Source: Mobula hypostoma (lineage: Eukaryota). Taken from it: a stretch of 64,000 nucleotides of DNA. The stretch covers positions 196,728,001-196,792,000 of the forward strand of contig NC_086097.1 of the NCBI RefSeq assembly GCF_963921235.1, written 5' to 3'. Position numbers and translations under genes: made by a program. This document shows, piece by piece, positions 1 through 10,510 of this stretch (positions within the stretch are counted from its first letter, which is position 1; each line of letters starts with the position of its first letter). The notes under the pieces are model-generated. The model ran no database searches. It saw nothing but the letters and a program-made list of their open reading frames with translations, and was not told the DNA's origin.

Positions 1-1200
1 TTCAACGCATTATTTGTAATTCACAGCTGTAAATTCTATTTTCTTTATAAATTCCCTCAAAATTAGAGCGGAAACTTAAAAGGAAAAGTCGAAATACTAT
101 TTAGAAAGTGCTTTCAGATTCTAACGTATGTTACGATACATTAATTTCAAAAACAACCTGAACGGCAAAGCAACCAAAAGTGGCAACTCACAATTTAAGT
201 GGATTTGCAATACCCAAAGATGAAAAATACATTGGTCCAGAGACGAATTACGGTCAGCAAATTTGGCGTCCTGATATAAATCAGTTTATTCCGGCCACGG
301 GAGAAACACCAACCTCGCCTACATTCAACGCTTGTTCTTCTGTAATCTAGGTTCTACCCAAGATCGAAGCACAAAGAAATCGGAAGAAAAAAAATGACAT
401 CGACCGCGCTCCATACAAATGTAGCGAGCGACCCCATTAGCAACCAGCACGATCAAAGGCACGGTGTCGCACCGCCTGCCTGCATCTTATTTTCCTTTCA
501 TGCATGTGGCGTTCGATTCTACAACATACAACGGCAGTGTTGCCATATTCTCCAACTTACATTTTACTTTCAGATGAATGTGTAAACTCTTTTCTACGAA
601 TAACGTCAGGTGATGATTTAATTGGCCCCTTGTTTTTCTGACTTTACCGCAACACTGATTTCGAATTACGCTTTCCGTATTTGTGTTTTCGATGGAAATT
701 CGATTGGCTGCTCTGCGCCACCTAAGGGTCTTGGGTAGATGGTCAAATCCAGTCCAACGAACGGAGTACTGTGACACAACCTGGGCTCTGAGCTACACCA
801 CCCATCACATGGGGGGGGGGAGTATATACCAGAAATCTCAGCGAGATCTGTTTTATTAAAACAACAACAAAATGCGTTTTTCTGTGCTTCTCAATTTAAT
901 ATTTTATTTTGGGTTAATGAAAGACAGAGCATGGAACTCAGCCGCTAAAGTTGCGTAACCAAACATTCAAGTATTTGCCTCTGGCAGAGTGGTTTTGTCT
1001 ACGGTTCGTTACGTCAAAAACTTCACCACGGAAGCTGGAGTTCGAATGTGTAGCTCCACTGTGAGCCCAAAGAGGGTATCGGCAACTTGAATGGTTACAA
1101 ACTTTTCTAAACATATACGCATCTGCTCTCGTCTTGCTAAATCATATGCAAAAACAATGGCGTAAGTTCAATGCTACTGGCATTTTTCATCCTCCAAATA
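1..1200. promoter_or_regulatory. CpG-retaining non-repetitive segment, possible promoter/first-exon region of a gene outside the window
   Basis: CpGs are visibly more frequent than in the surrounding repeats. There is an inverted CCAAT (gattggc, ~702) and a minus-strand donor-like acttac (~555). No recognisable coding sequence. Confidence 0.3.
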
Positions 1201-1224
1201 AAGGCAACAAACTACTCCGAAGAA

Positions 1225-1972
1225 TAAGCACGAGATTCTGCAGATGCAAGAAATCCAGACACACACAAAATGCTGGAGGAATTCAGCATTTCAGGTAGCA
1301 TCTATAGAGATGAATCAATAATCGATGGTTCCGGCCGTGACCCTTCATCAGGACTGGAAAGGAAGGGGGGACCGCCAGAATAAAAAAGGTAAAGGGGAAG
1401 GAGGACAAGCTAGAATGTGGTAGATGAAGCCAGGTGGGTGGGAAAGGTGAAGGGCTGGAGAATAGGCGTCTGATAGGAGGAGAGTGGACCTTGGGAGAAA
1501 GGAAAGGAGGGGCACCAGTGGGAGGTGTTCGACAGGTGATGAGACGAGCTAAGAGGCCAACGTGGGGTATAGATGAAGGCGGGAGGAGAAAAGAGAATGT
1601 TTTTAAAAATAAATAAATAAATTACACTTGCCAGGAGAAATCGATGTTTATACCATTAGGTGTTGTTCTTCCATCCTGAGACTGGCCTTATCCAGGCAGA
1701 AGAGGAGGCCTGGACTGACATTGTAATACGAGAATGGGGATAGGAACTAAATGATTGACTACCTGAAATTCCATTTTTGGCAGATAGTGGAGGTGCTTGA
1801 CAAAGATCCCCCAATTTACATCAGGTCTCACAGATGTAGAGGAGATGGTATCGGAAGCACCTACAGTACGACCTCAACAGATTCGCAGGTAAAGTGTTGC
1901 CTCACCTGGAAGGACTGTTTGGGGCCCTGAATGGAGGTGAGGGAGGAAGTGAGTTGGCAGGTGCAGCATTTC
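1225..1972 (-). mobile_element. Penelope-like element (GIY-YIG endonuclease region plus terminal repeat), left part, interrupted by the Gypsy element
   Basis: Minus strand of ~1861-1953 reads LTSSLTSIQGPKQSFQVRQHFTCESVEVV (PLE endonuclease N-terminus). A terminal repeat with a degenerate hammerhead core lies at ~1322-1358. Confidence 0.8.
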
Positions 1973-2369
1973 TGTCAGGGTCCCGATTGTTAATTCCCTA
2001 TCTTTCTCTTAATTTCCTTTAATTGTGCCACGGTTCTGACTGTTAATTTCCCATATGCTTCTAATTCTTTGGCACACCTGGTTTTCATCAAGACCTGCAG
2101 CATAAGAACCCTGGCTTTACAACAACTAGTCACCAGATCATTGGTTTTGCCTGTGTGGTAATTAACATTTCCTGGCTGCTTAGGACCATGTGTTCTAAGT
2201 TTTGCTCCAGTTTCAAGGTTTACCTATGAAACTCTGTCTCTCTGTGTCAAAGCTCTGTGTCCAGATCCCTCCTGTTTGCTGTTCAATGTTCACATCTGCA
2301 TAAGCATCCTAACTCAATCTCCATGCCTGTGTCCTGGTCTTGGGTTCGCTTCATTCACTCATTGCAACA
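1973..2369 (+). repeat. 5' LTR of Gypsy element (397 bp)
   Basis: Starts tgtca, ends tgcaaca, and aligns to 6730-6964. Confidence 0.9.
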
Positions 2370-2385
2370 GAACGTTCTGGCCACA

Positions 2386-3403
2386 ATGGACCCAGCAGAC
2401 ACGAATACCCTGCAACAAGCCCTCACCAGCCAGGGCTCCCTACTGGGTCTGCACGATCAACTTCCCTGGGATGTTATGGAGAACCTCTGTTCCCTGTCTG
2501 CTAAGTAATGAAGTTTGGTGACCAGGTGGACTGTGTATCCACTCATTTTACCCCATCCACTCCTGGAACTCTGTCTAACCAGCCCAGACAGCCTGTAGTG
2601 GTAACACCCTATGTGTCAGCAACACCCCCACCAAGAGAGTCGCACATACCTGAACCAGAACACTGGGGATTTGGGGAAGTGCCGGGCCTTCCTTCTGCAA
2701 TGCTCCTTGGTGTTCGAACAGCAGTCATCCACATACTCCACGGATAAGTCAAAGATAGCTTATATCATGGAGTTGTTGCAGGGAAGTGCCTTAGCGTGGC
2801 TACAGCTGTTTGGAATAATCAACTGGATATCTGCTCTTCTTTCCCCACCTTTATCATGGAAATGGGAAAGATCTTTGCCCACCCCGTCCATGGTAAAGAT
2901 GCTGCTAAGCATCTACTCTCTGTCAGGGCTCACGCAGTGTTGCTGAATATTCTGTGGAGTTCTGGACGTTAGCAGCCGACTCAGTGGAACGATGACACAC
3001 TCCCAGGGGTATTTCAGAATGGTCTCAGCGACATGGTGAAAGATGAGTTGGTGACAAGAGATGACACCAACAGCCTGGATTCCCTAATCTCCCTAGCCAC
3101 CAGGTTGGACAATTGTCTTTGGGAACGCCATAGGAAAAGAACTGGTCGTCCACCACCTTTGGCCACTCCACGGCACCCATTACCACCTCCCACCAGCACA
3201 AGCCTCTCTTCTCCTCCTGCTCCAAGAATAGCTCCCAGCCCGGCTGTTTCCACCGCCCCGGGAGAGGAACCCGTTCAGCTGGGACTGAACCGTCTTCCTC
3301 CCACAGAGTGACTCCAGAGATTAAGAGTGGGGGAGTGTATTGCAGCCAGTCCAGCCACTTCCGTGCTACCTGTCCCCTTCGGCCAAAAGGGAAGGCTCAC
3401 TAG
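2386..3403 (+). pseudogene. gag (disrupted)
   Basis: ATG at 2386 (MDPADT...), fragments GKCRAFLLQCSLVF and VKDELVTRD...LISLATRLDN, knuckle remnant ...HFRATCP, stop TAG at 3401-3403. Confidence 0.85.
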
Positions 3404-6400
3404 TAGAAAGGGGGACCCTGGTGAGCCAGACAACATTCCTTTGTCCCCTGAACCCGGATGCAGATCCAAGCTATTTTACGTTACAACCAACAGTCCCTGC
3501 CTCTGTCAGCTCTCGTGGACTCTGGTGCCGAAGGAAACCTTTTGGATGAAAACATAGCTTCCCAGGCTGGAATTCCTCGAGAGCCATTGAGTACCCCTCT
3601 GGAAGCCCAGGCACTGGACGGTAGACTCCTGGCCCAAGTTACACACTGCACACCAACCCTGTCTCTTATTCTCTCTGGGAACCTTCGGGAACAGGTATGA
3701 TTTAACCTAATTTCCTCACCTCAATGCTCCTATACTACTTGGGTACCCCTGGTTAAGCCACCATAATCCCCACATTGACTGGTCCACCGGGAAGATGGTC
3801 AGCTAGAGTCCGTTCTGTCACTCCACTTGTCTACAATCGGCTCTTTCCCCTGTGAAAGTCATCGCGACCTCGTCTGCTGCTGAAAACCCCCGAGTTATCC
3901 AAGGTTCCAGCAGAATATCATGATCTGGGAGAAGTGTTTAGCAAACAATGGGTTCTTTCCCTGCCTTCACACCTCCCTTAGGATTGTGCAATTGACCTTC
4001 TTCCCGGAGTCCCTCTGCCCACCAGCCAGCTGTATAACCTGTCCTGGCCCAAAAGGGAAGCAATGGAGGCTTACCTATATGACTCTTGTGCTGGCATTAT
4101 CCGACCCTCATCTTCCCCTGTAGGCGCAGGTTTTTGCTTTGTGGGGAAGAAAGATGGTTCACTGCGCCCCTGCATTGACTGTCACGGCCTAAATAGTATC
4201 ACCATAGATAATAAATATCCACTGCCCCTTATCAACTCTGCTTTTGAACCCCTTCATGGATCCACCATCTTGTCTATGTTGCGCCTACTAAGTGCCTACC
4301 ACCTGGTCAGAATAAGGGAGGGAGATGAGTGGAAAACAGCTTTTAACACCCTTCTTGGTCACTTCAAATACCTGGTCATGCCATTTGGTCTCACCAATGC
4401 CCCCACCATCTTCCAAGCCCTGATAAACAATGTCCTTGGGGACTTATTTAACCATTTTGTTTTTGTTTATTTGGACATCTTAATCTTCTCCCGCAGTCTT
4501 CAGGAACACACCCACCATGTCCGTCAGGTTCTGCTGAGGCTTTGGGAGAACAAACTATTTGTGAAGGCTGAGAAGTGCAAGTTTCATGTCTCTTCCGTCA
4601 GCTTCCTGGGGTACATTACCGAGAGCGGGCAAGTGAGAGCGGATCCTGAAAAGATCTGGGCGGTGGCAGAGTGGCCAAAACCCACCTCACTCAAGCAACT
4701 CCAGCGATTTCTAGGGTTTGCAAACTTTTATCGTTGCTTCATCAGGGATTACAGCTGGGTGGCAGCACCCCTTATTTGACTCACCTCTCCTACGACCCCT
4801 TTCCACTGGGACCCTGAAGCGGACTCGGCCTTCTCGGAGCTGAAGAGGTGTTTCACCTCCACTCCCATCCTGGTCCAACCTGAGCCCTCTTGCCAATTCA
4901 TTGTGGAAGTTGACGCTTCCAACTCTGGGGTGGGAGCGGTCCTCTCCCAACGCTCCGGCCCAGACCAAAAACTCCATCCCTGCGCAGCCTTTGCTTGCCG
5001 GCTATCCCCCACTGAACGGGACTACAATGTGGGGAACTGGGAGTTACTGGCCGTCAAACTCACTTTGGAGGAGTGAAGACACTGGCTGGAAGGAGCAGAA
5101 CATCCATTCATCATCTGGGCAGATCACAAGAAACTCGCATACATCCAAACTGCCAAACACCTGAAATCCCGCCAAGCCTGTTGGACATTATTTTCTGGCC
5201 GTTTCAGATTCACACTCGCCTATCGTCCAGGGTCCAAGAACGGGAAGCCCGATGCTCCCTCATGTCAATACATCTGAGGAGGGCCTTCTGAACCCCGAGA
5301 CTATCCTTCCACCATCCTGTGTGGTGGCTGCCCTCACCTGGGAGATCAAATCCATAGTCAGGGACCCAACAGACTCAACCTGACCCAGGCAATGGACCCT
5401 CCAATCGCCTCTTCATGCCTGACTCAGTTTGGTCTCAGGTTCTCCAGTGGGGGCACACTTCTCATTTTGCCTGCCATCCTGGAATAGATTGAATTCTGTC
5501 TCTTCTGAAGAGACATTTCTGGTGGCCCTCCATGGACACCCGTTCCTTCGCCTCTGCTTGTTCTGTTTGTGCCTGCGGAAAAGCCTCTCACTGGCCACCT
5601 GCTGGGTTGCTTCATCCCCTACCAGTCCCCAGCTGCCCTTGGTCTCACTTTGCACTGGATTTTGTTAATGGACTACCTCCTTCACATGGGAACACTGTCA
5701 TTCTCACTGTGGTGGACTGCTTCTCCAAAGCTGTGCACTTTGTAGCCCTTCCCAAACTCCCTACAACCCGTGAGACAGCCGACCTCCTTGTTCATCACAT
5801 CTTCTGCCCTTCATGGTATTCTCCCTGACATTATTTCTGACCAGGGTCCCCATTTGATCTCTCAAGTCTGGAGATCCTTTTGTCAAGCCCTTGGAGCCTC
5901 AGTAAACCATCTTCCGGCTTCTATCTGCAGACGAATGGTCAAACAGAATGAGCAAACCAGGATTTGGAAGCAGCACTGCACTGCATAACCACCAACAACC
6001 CGTTATCCTGGAGCACTCATCTCATTTGGGTCGAGTACACCCACACCTCCCTGGTCAGCACCACCACCAGAATGTCTCCCTTCAAATGCTCTCGGTTACC
6101 GACCCCCTCTGTTTTCCGCACATGAAGATGACATTGCTGTGCCTTCTGTTCGGACCCATCTCTGCTGGTGCCGCAAGGTCTGGAAGGATGCACGGGCGGC
6201 CCTGCTCCACTCAGCCAGCTGCAACTGGAGGATTGCTGATTGCCATCGAATTCCTGCACCAAATTATTGGCCCAGGCAGAAGGTTCGGCTCTCGTCAAAA
6301 GGCATCCCCCTCAAGAATGAACCCAAGAAACTCACCCCTCACTACCCGGAACCATTCAAGATTGAGAGTGTCATCAACCCCTCAGCAGTCAGACTCAAAC

Positions 6401-6743
6401 TGCCTGGATCCATGCACATTCATCCCACCTTTCACATCTCCCAATTGAAACCTCTATCTGTCAGCCCTTTGTGCCCTCCTGCCAAACCCCCTCCACCCAT
6501 TGGATCATTGATGACCACCCAGCGTACACCGTCTGGCAAATACTGGATGTGCGCTGCCAAGGCAGGGGCCTCCAGTACCTGGTCGATTGGGAGGTAAACG
6601 GCCCAGAGGAACGCTCCTGGATTCCCCGCTCCTTCATCCTGGACCCTTCCCTTATCCGAGATTTCCATCGAGACAATCTGAACAAGCCTGGTGGTTCGCC
6701 TGGAGACTCCTGTTGTGGGGAGAGGGTACTGTCACTGTCCTGA
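3385..6743 (+). pseudogene. pol (PR-RT-RH-IN-chromodomain, disrupted)
   Basis: ORF fragments 3458-3700 (protease), 4063-4779 (RT), 5532-5828 (integrase), 6139-6597 (GPF/Y-like region), 6471-6743 (chromodomain). Confidence 0.9.
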
Positions 6744-6964
6744 TCGTTAATTCCCTATCCTTCTCCTAATTTCCTTTGATAGTGCCATGGTTCTGACCAA
6801 TAATTTCCCATTTGCTTCTAATTCTCTTTGGCACACCTGGTTTCCATCAAGACCTGCAGCACAAGAACCCCAGTGTTACAACCACTTTCACGTCCATGTA
6901 AGCATCCTAACTTATTCCCCATGCCTGTCCTGCACTAGGATTGTTTCATTCACTCACTGCAACA
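6730..6964 (+). repeat. 3' LTR of Gypsy element (235 bp, internal ~160-bp deletion)
   Basis: Follows the PPT, reads tgtca...tgcaaca, and lacks the middle of the 5' LTR. Confidence 0.9.
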
Positions 6965-7170
6965 ATAAGTGCCAGGAGAGAGATTAGCAGGAGAAACAAA
7001 TGGAGAAAAGAATCAGGGAGCAACCCTGTGGGAAGCAGAGTGAGTGGGCTGTAGTAAATATGTTTGGTGTTAGGATCCCATTGAAGCTGGTGGAAGTTGT
7101 GGAGAACGATGTGTTGGATGTGGAGGCTCATGGGGTGGTAGGGATAGTAAGGGGATCTCTATTCCTGTTA
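6965..7170 (-). mobile_element. Penelope-like element, continuation (RT C-terminal/linker region)
   Basis: Minus-strand translation SLHIQHIVLHNFHQLQWDPNTKHI, typical of the PLE region just upstream of the endonuclease. Confidence 0.75.
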
Positions 7171-7289
7171 ATCTGAAGTCTTATTCTTACTAAATATCTC
7201 ATCTCATTTCTCATGCCTCTGATTGTGTCACTTAACTCTCAATTTTGTTCCGTCACTATAAACATGGCTTTTCACTTATCCATTACCCC

Positions 7290-8106
7290 TAGGATGGCGA
7301 ACCTATGGTATGCGTGCTTCAGATGAACTGCAGAAATTTTGTTGGCATGCGGCATGCAGTACTGCCCCTCGATTCTTTGAACCCATAATAAAAAGATATA
7401 GTGATGCTGTACCTTTACTGCCAAATAAAGCACCGAATAACTTTTATAACCTCAGAGCAGTGAGATGTTTTCACAGGAAATGCCTGACACCAGTTTGGTG
7501 CCAGCTAGATGATTACGAGGAATGATGCATTCTGAAAACCTTGCAGACCTTGTGTACACATCAGTATTTGGATAATAAATGGCACTGGCTTCACTCTGGT
7601 TATATTTTTTCTTCTGTTATTTGTGAGTTAACATTGGATACTCAGTGACAATTACAATTACAATATATAAAATAATTGTCCTACTTAGTGCAGCAACAGA
7701 AGTCTCAGTGAGAGTAAGGTGTGTTTATTTTCCTTGATTAGTTACTAATATGCACCAAAGCTTAAGTTTACATTCACATTTCTTATATTAAGCAGTATAT
7801 GAGATACTATAACAATACTATTTTAAAATAGTCATTTTTCAATTCTTTTAAATATTAATAATAATTTTGAATAGGTTTTCTAAAATTCATTGATTTCAAT
7901 CTGTCTCATACTTTTATTAATAGTAAAGCAATAACTGCATGTAACTAAGAAACAGGACTCATCCTTTTTCCTTTAAAAAGTTCTTAATTATTATTACTAA
8001 TTCATTTATCAATGACAATCTCATTCAAAATTACTGTGGCATGTGAGAGAATTTTTAGATCATCTCCAATTTGAGTACCCATGCACAGAAAAGTTCGCTC
8101 CCCCTG
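7290..8106. mobile_element. hAT (Charlie-like) non-autonomous DNA transposon / MITE
   Basis: Imperfect TIRs taggatggcgaacct ... aagttcgctccccctg around an AT-rich non-coding interior. No clear 8-bp TSD. Confidence 0.5.
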
Positions 8107-8149
8107 CTAAACAATTGTTGCTTTATTAATTTGCTAATTGTGCAGTTGA

Positions 8150-10030
8150 CTGTTCACACACAATGCAAGGCCAGACACCCATGTGATCATATTGTCAACT
8201 TCACTGATGACATGACAGTGGGGAGAGACGGCTTACAGCCAGGATGTAGGAGAGCTTGAGGCCTGGTGCCAGAAAAATAACTTCTTCCTCAACGTCTACA
8301 AAACAAAGGGGATGATTATCAATTTCAGGAGAACTCACACTACTCGCATCCCATACAGCCGTAGCAACTGCGAGCAGTTTCAAACTCATGGGGATGCATA
8401 TCTTGCACAACCTCTCATGGTCCAAGTACACATCCTACACAATCAGGAAAGCTCACCAACACTTCCACTTTCTGAAAAGTCTGAAGACAACTGGATGACC
8501 TTGTACAGATGTGCAGTAGAGAGCTTCCTAACATGTTGCATTACTGCATGGTATGGAAACTACACTGTGCTGGACAGGAAGTCTCCACGAAAGGTAGTCA
8601 AACTGCCCAACTGCATCACTGGCACCACCCTACCTGCCACCAAGGACATATATACAATATGGTGCTGGAGAAGGACCAGTAGTCATCATGAAAGGTCCCA
8701 CCAATGCTGCTCATGGACTGTTCATTCCACTCCTGTGTTCATCCCACTGTGTGGCTAAGTACAGCTCCAACACGGTATTAAGTTTGCTGATGGCACTACT
8801 GTTGTGGGCTGTATCAAAGGTGGTGATGAATCAGCATACAGGAGGAGAATGAAAATTTGACTGGTGTAAATAAAAATAACCTGTTACTCAATGTCAATAA
8901 GACCAAGGAACTGATTGTAGACTTCAGGAGAGGGAAACCAGAGGTCCATGAGCCAGTGATCATCAGAGGATCAGAGATGGAGAGGGTCAGTAATTTTAAA
9001 TTCTTGGGTGTCACTATCTCAGAAGACCTATCCTTGAACCATCATATAAACATAATTATGAAGAAAGCACAACAGTACTTGTACTTCCTCAGGAATCTGT
9101 GGAGATTCAGCATGTCATTAAAAACCTTGGCACACTTCTATAGATGTGCGGTGGAAATAAGCTGACTGGTTGCATTACAGCCTGGTACAAGAACACTAAT
9201 GCCTTTGAGCAGAAAATCCTACAAAAGGTAGTGGATTCGCCCCTGTACATCATAGGTAAAACCCTCCAAATCATTGAGCAAATCCACATGAAACATTGTC
9301 ATAGAAAAGCAGCATCCATCATCAAAGATCCTCACCACCCAGGCTATGCTCTTTTCTCACTGCTTCCATCAGGTAGATGGTACAGGTGTCTCAGGACTCT
9401 CACCACCAGTTTCAAGAGCAGTTACTACCTATCAAACAGGCTCTTGACAAAAGTGGATAAGTACAGTCATCTAATGACTCTTATCTTATTTTATGCTCAG
9501 TATTTATTGCTATTTATTTATTATCTGCATTTGCAGTTTGTTTACAGTTTACAGATGCTGTTTAGAGTTACTGATCTATAGATTTGCTAAGTATACCCAC
9601 AGAAAAAGAATCTCAGGATTGTATGAGGTGACATGTATGTAGGCTGATGATAAAATTTACTGCGAAATTTGAACTTTTCCCATCTGGGAAGAGGCTATGT
9701 AGTATCCACTCCTGGACCAACAGACTCAAAGACGGTTATTTTCCAAAGCACTAAGGTTGACCAATACTTCCACCCCTCCACACCCCCACCACCACTATTT
9801 GATTTCCTCTCAGAGTCACCTTATGTACAGACACTGCTGTGCCTAGTATTACTTTATGGACATACAATCAATCTATGTATATAAGCTATCTTATATATTT
9901 ATACATATTTATTGTATTCCTTTTAATTATTCTGCTTTTTATCTAATTTTGTTTTTAGTGCTGCATAGGATTATTTTGTTCTCCTTTACTCTTATGCACT
10001 GGAAATGATATTAAACAATCTTGAATTAAT
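8150..10030 (+). mobile_element. Two nested Rex1/Babar-like LINE 3' fragments (inner ~8740-9678)
   Basis: Translations NNLLLNVNKTKELIVDFRR, FKFLGVTISEDL and LTGCITAWY...HPGYALFSLLPSGR. The outer copy resumes at ~9680 (ccatctgggaagagg). Confidence 0.8.
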
Positions 10031-10159
10031 TTTGACTTATACATTTACAGCCTTTGCAGAATTATTTTTCATTTCTTTTTATTAGTAGAAAGGATTCTCA
10101 AACGTTCAAACATTCTCCTCTGGTGAAACTGGGGTAGTACATTTCCAAGTATTAACCTG

Positions 10160-10510
10160 ACATTCTGATATGTCTATCCATGGCCGCCTCTATTGTCAAG
10201 ATGAAGCCACACTCAGGTTGGAGGAACAACACCTTACATTTCGTCTGGGTAGCCTCCAACCTGATGGCATGGATATGGACTTCTCTAACTTCCGTTAATG
10301 CCCCACCTCCCGTTCATACCCCATCTGTTATTTACTCATTTATTATTAATTTTTTTCCTCTCTCTCCTTTTTCTCCCTCTGTCCTTCTCACTATACTTCT
10401 TGCCCACCCTCTGGGCTTCCCCCTCCCCCTTTCTTTCTCCCTAGGCCTCCCGTCCCATGATCCTCTCATATCCCTTTTGCCAATCAACTTAAAAGCTCTT
10501 AGCTACATCC
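10160..10510 (+). mobile_element. Penelope-like element 3' part (endonuclease C-terminus), split by CR1
   Basis: Reads LYCQDEATLRLEEQHLTFRLGSLQPDGMDMDFSNFR*, followed by a pyrimidine-rich UTR. Resumes at 14214. Confidence 0.8.

Larger units (their letters stand above)
1973..6964 (+). mobile_element. Full-length decayed Ty3/Gypsy LTR retrotransposon, Sushi-like chromovirus
   Basis: Two TG...CA LTRs, gag with zinc knuckle, protease ALVDSGAEGN, RT, RNase H ([13 protein letters not shown]), integrase, chromodomain [19 protein letters not shown], and PPT ggggagagggtac at 6717-6729. Many stops and frameshifts. Confidence 0.95.

Noticed and set aside
975..1060. A-box-like tggcagagtgg and B-box-like gagttcgaat spaced as in a tRNA
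   Set aside because: No acceptor, anticodon or T stems could be folded, so it is not called as a tRNA.
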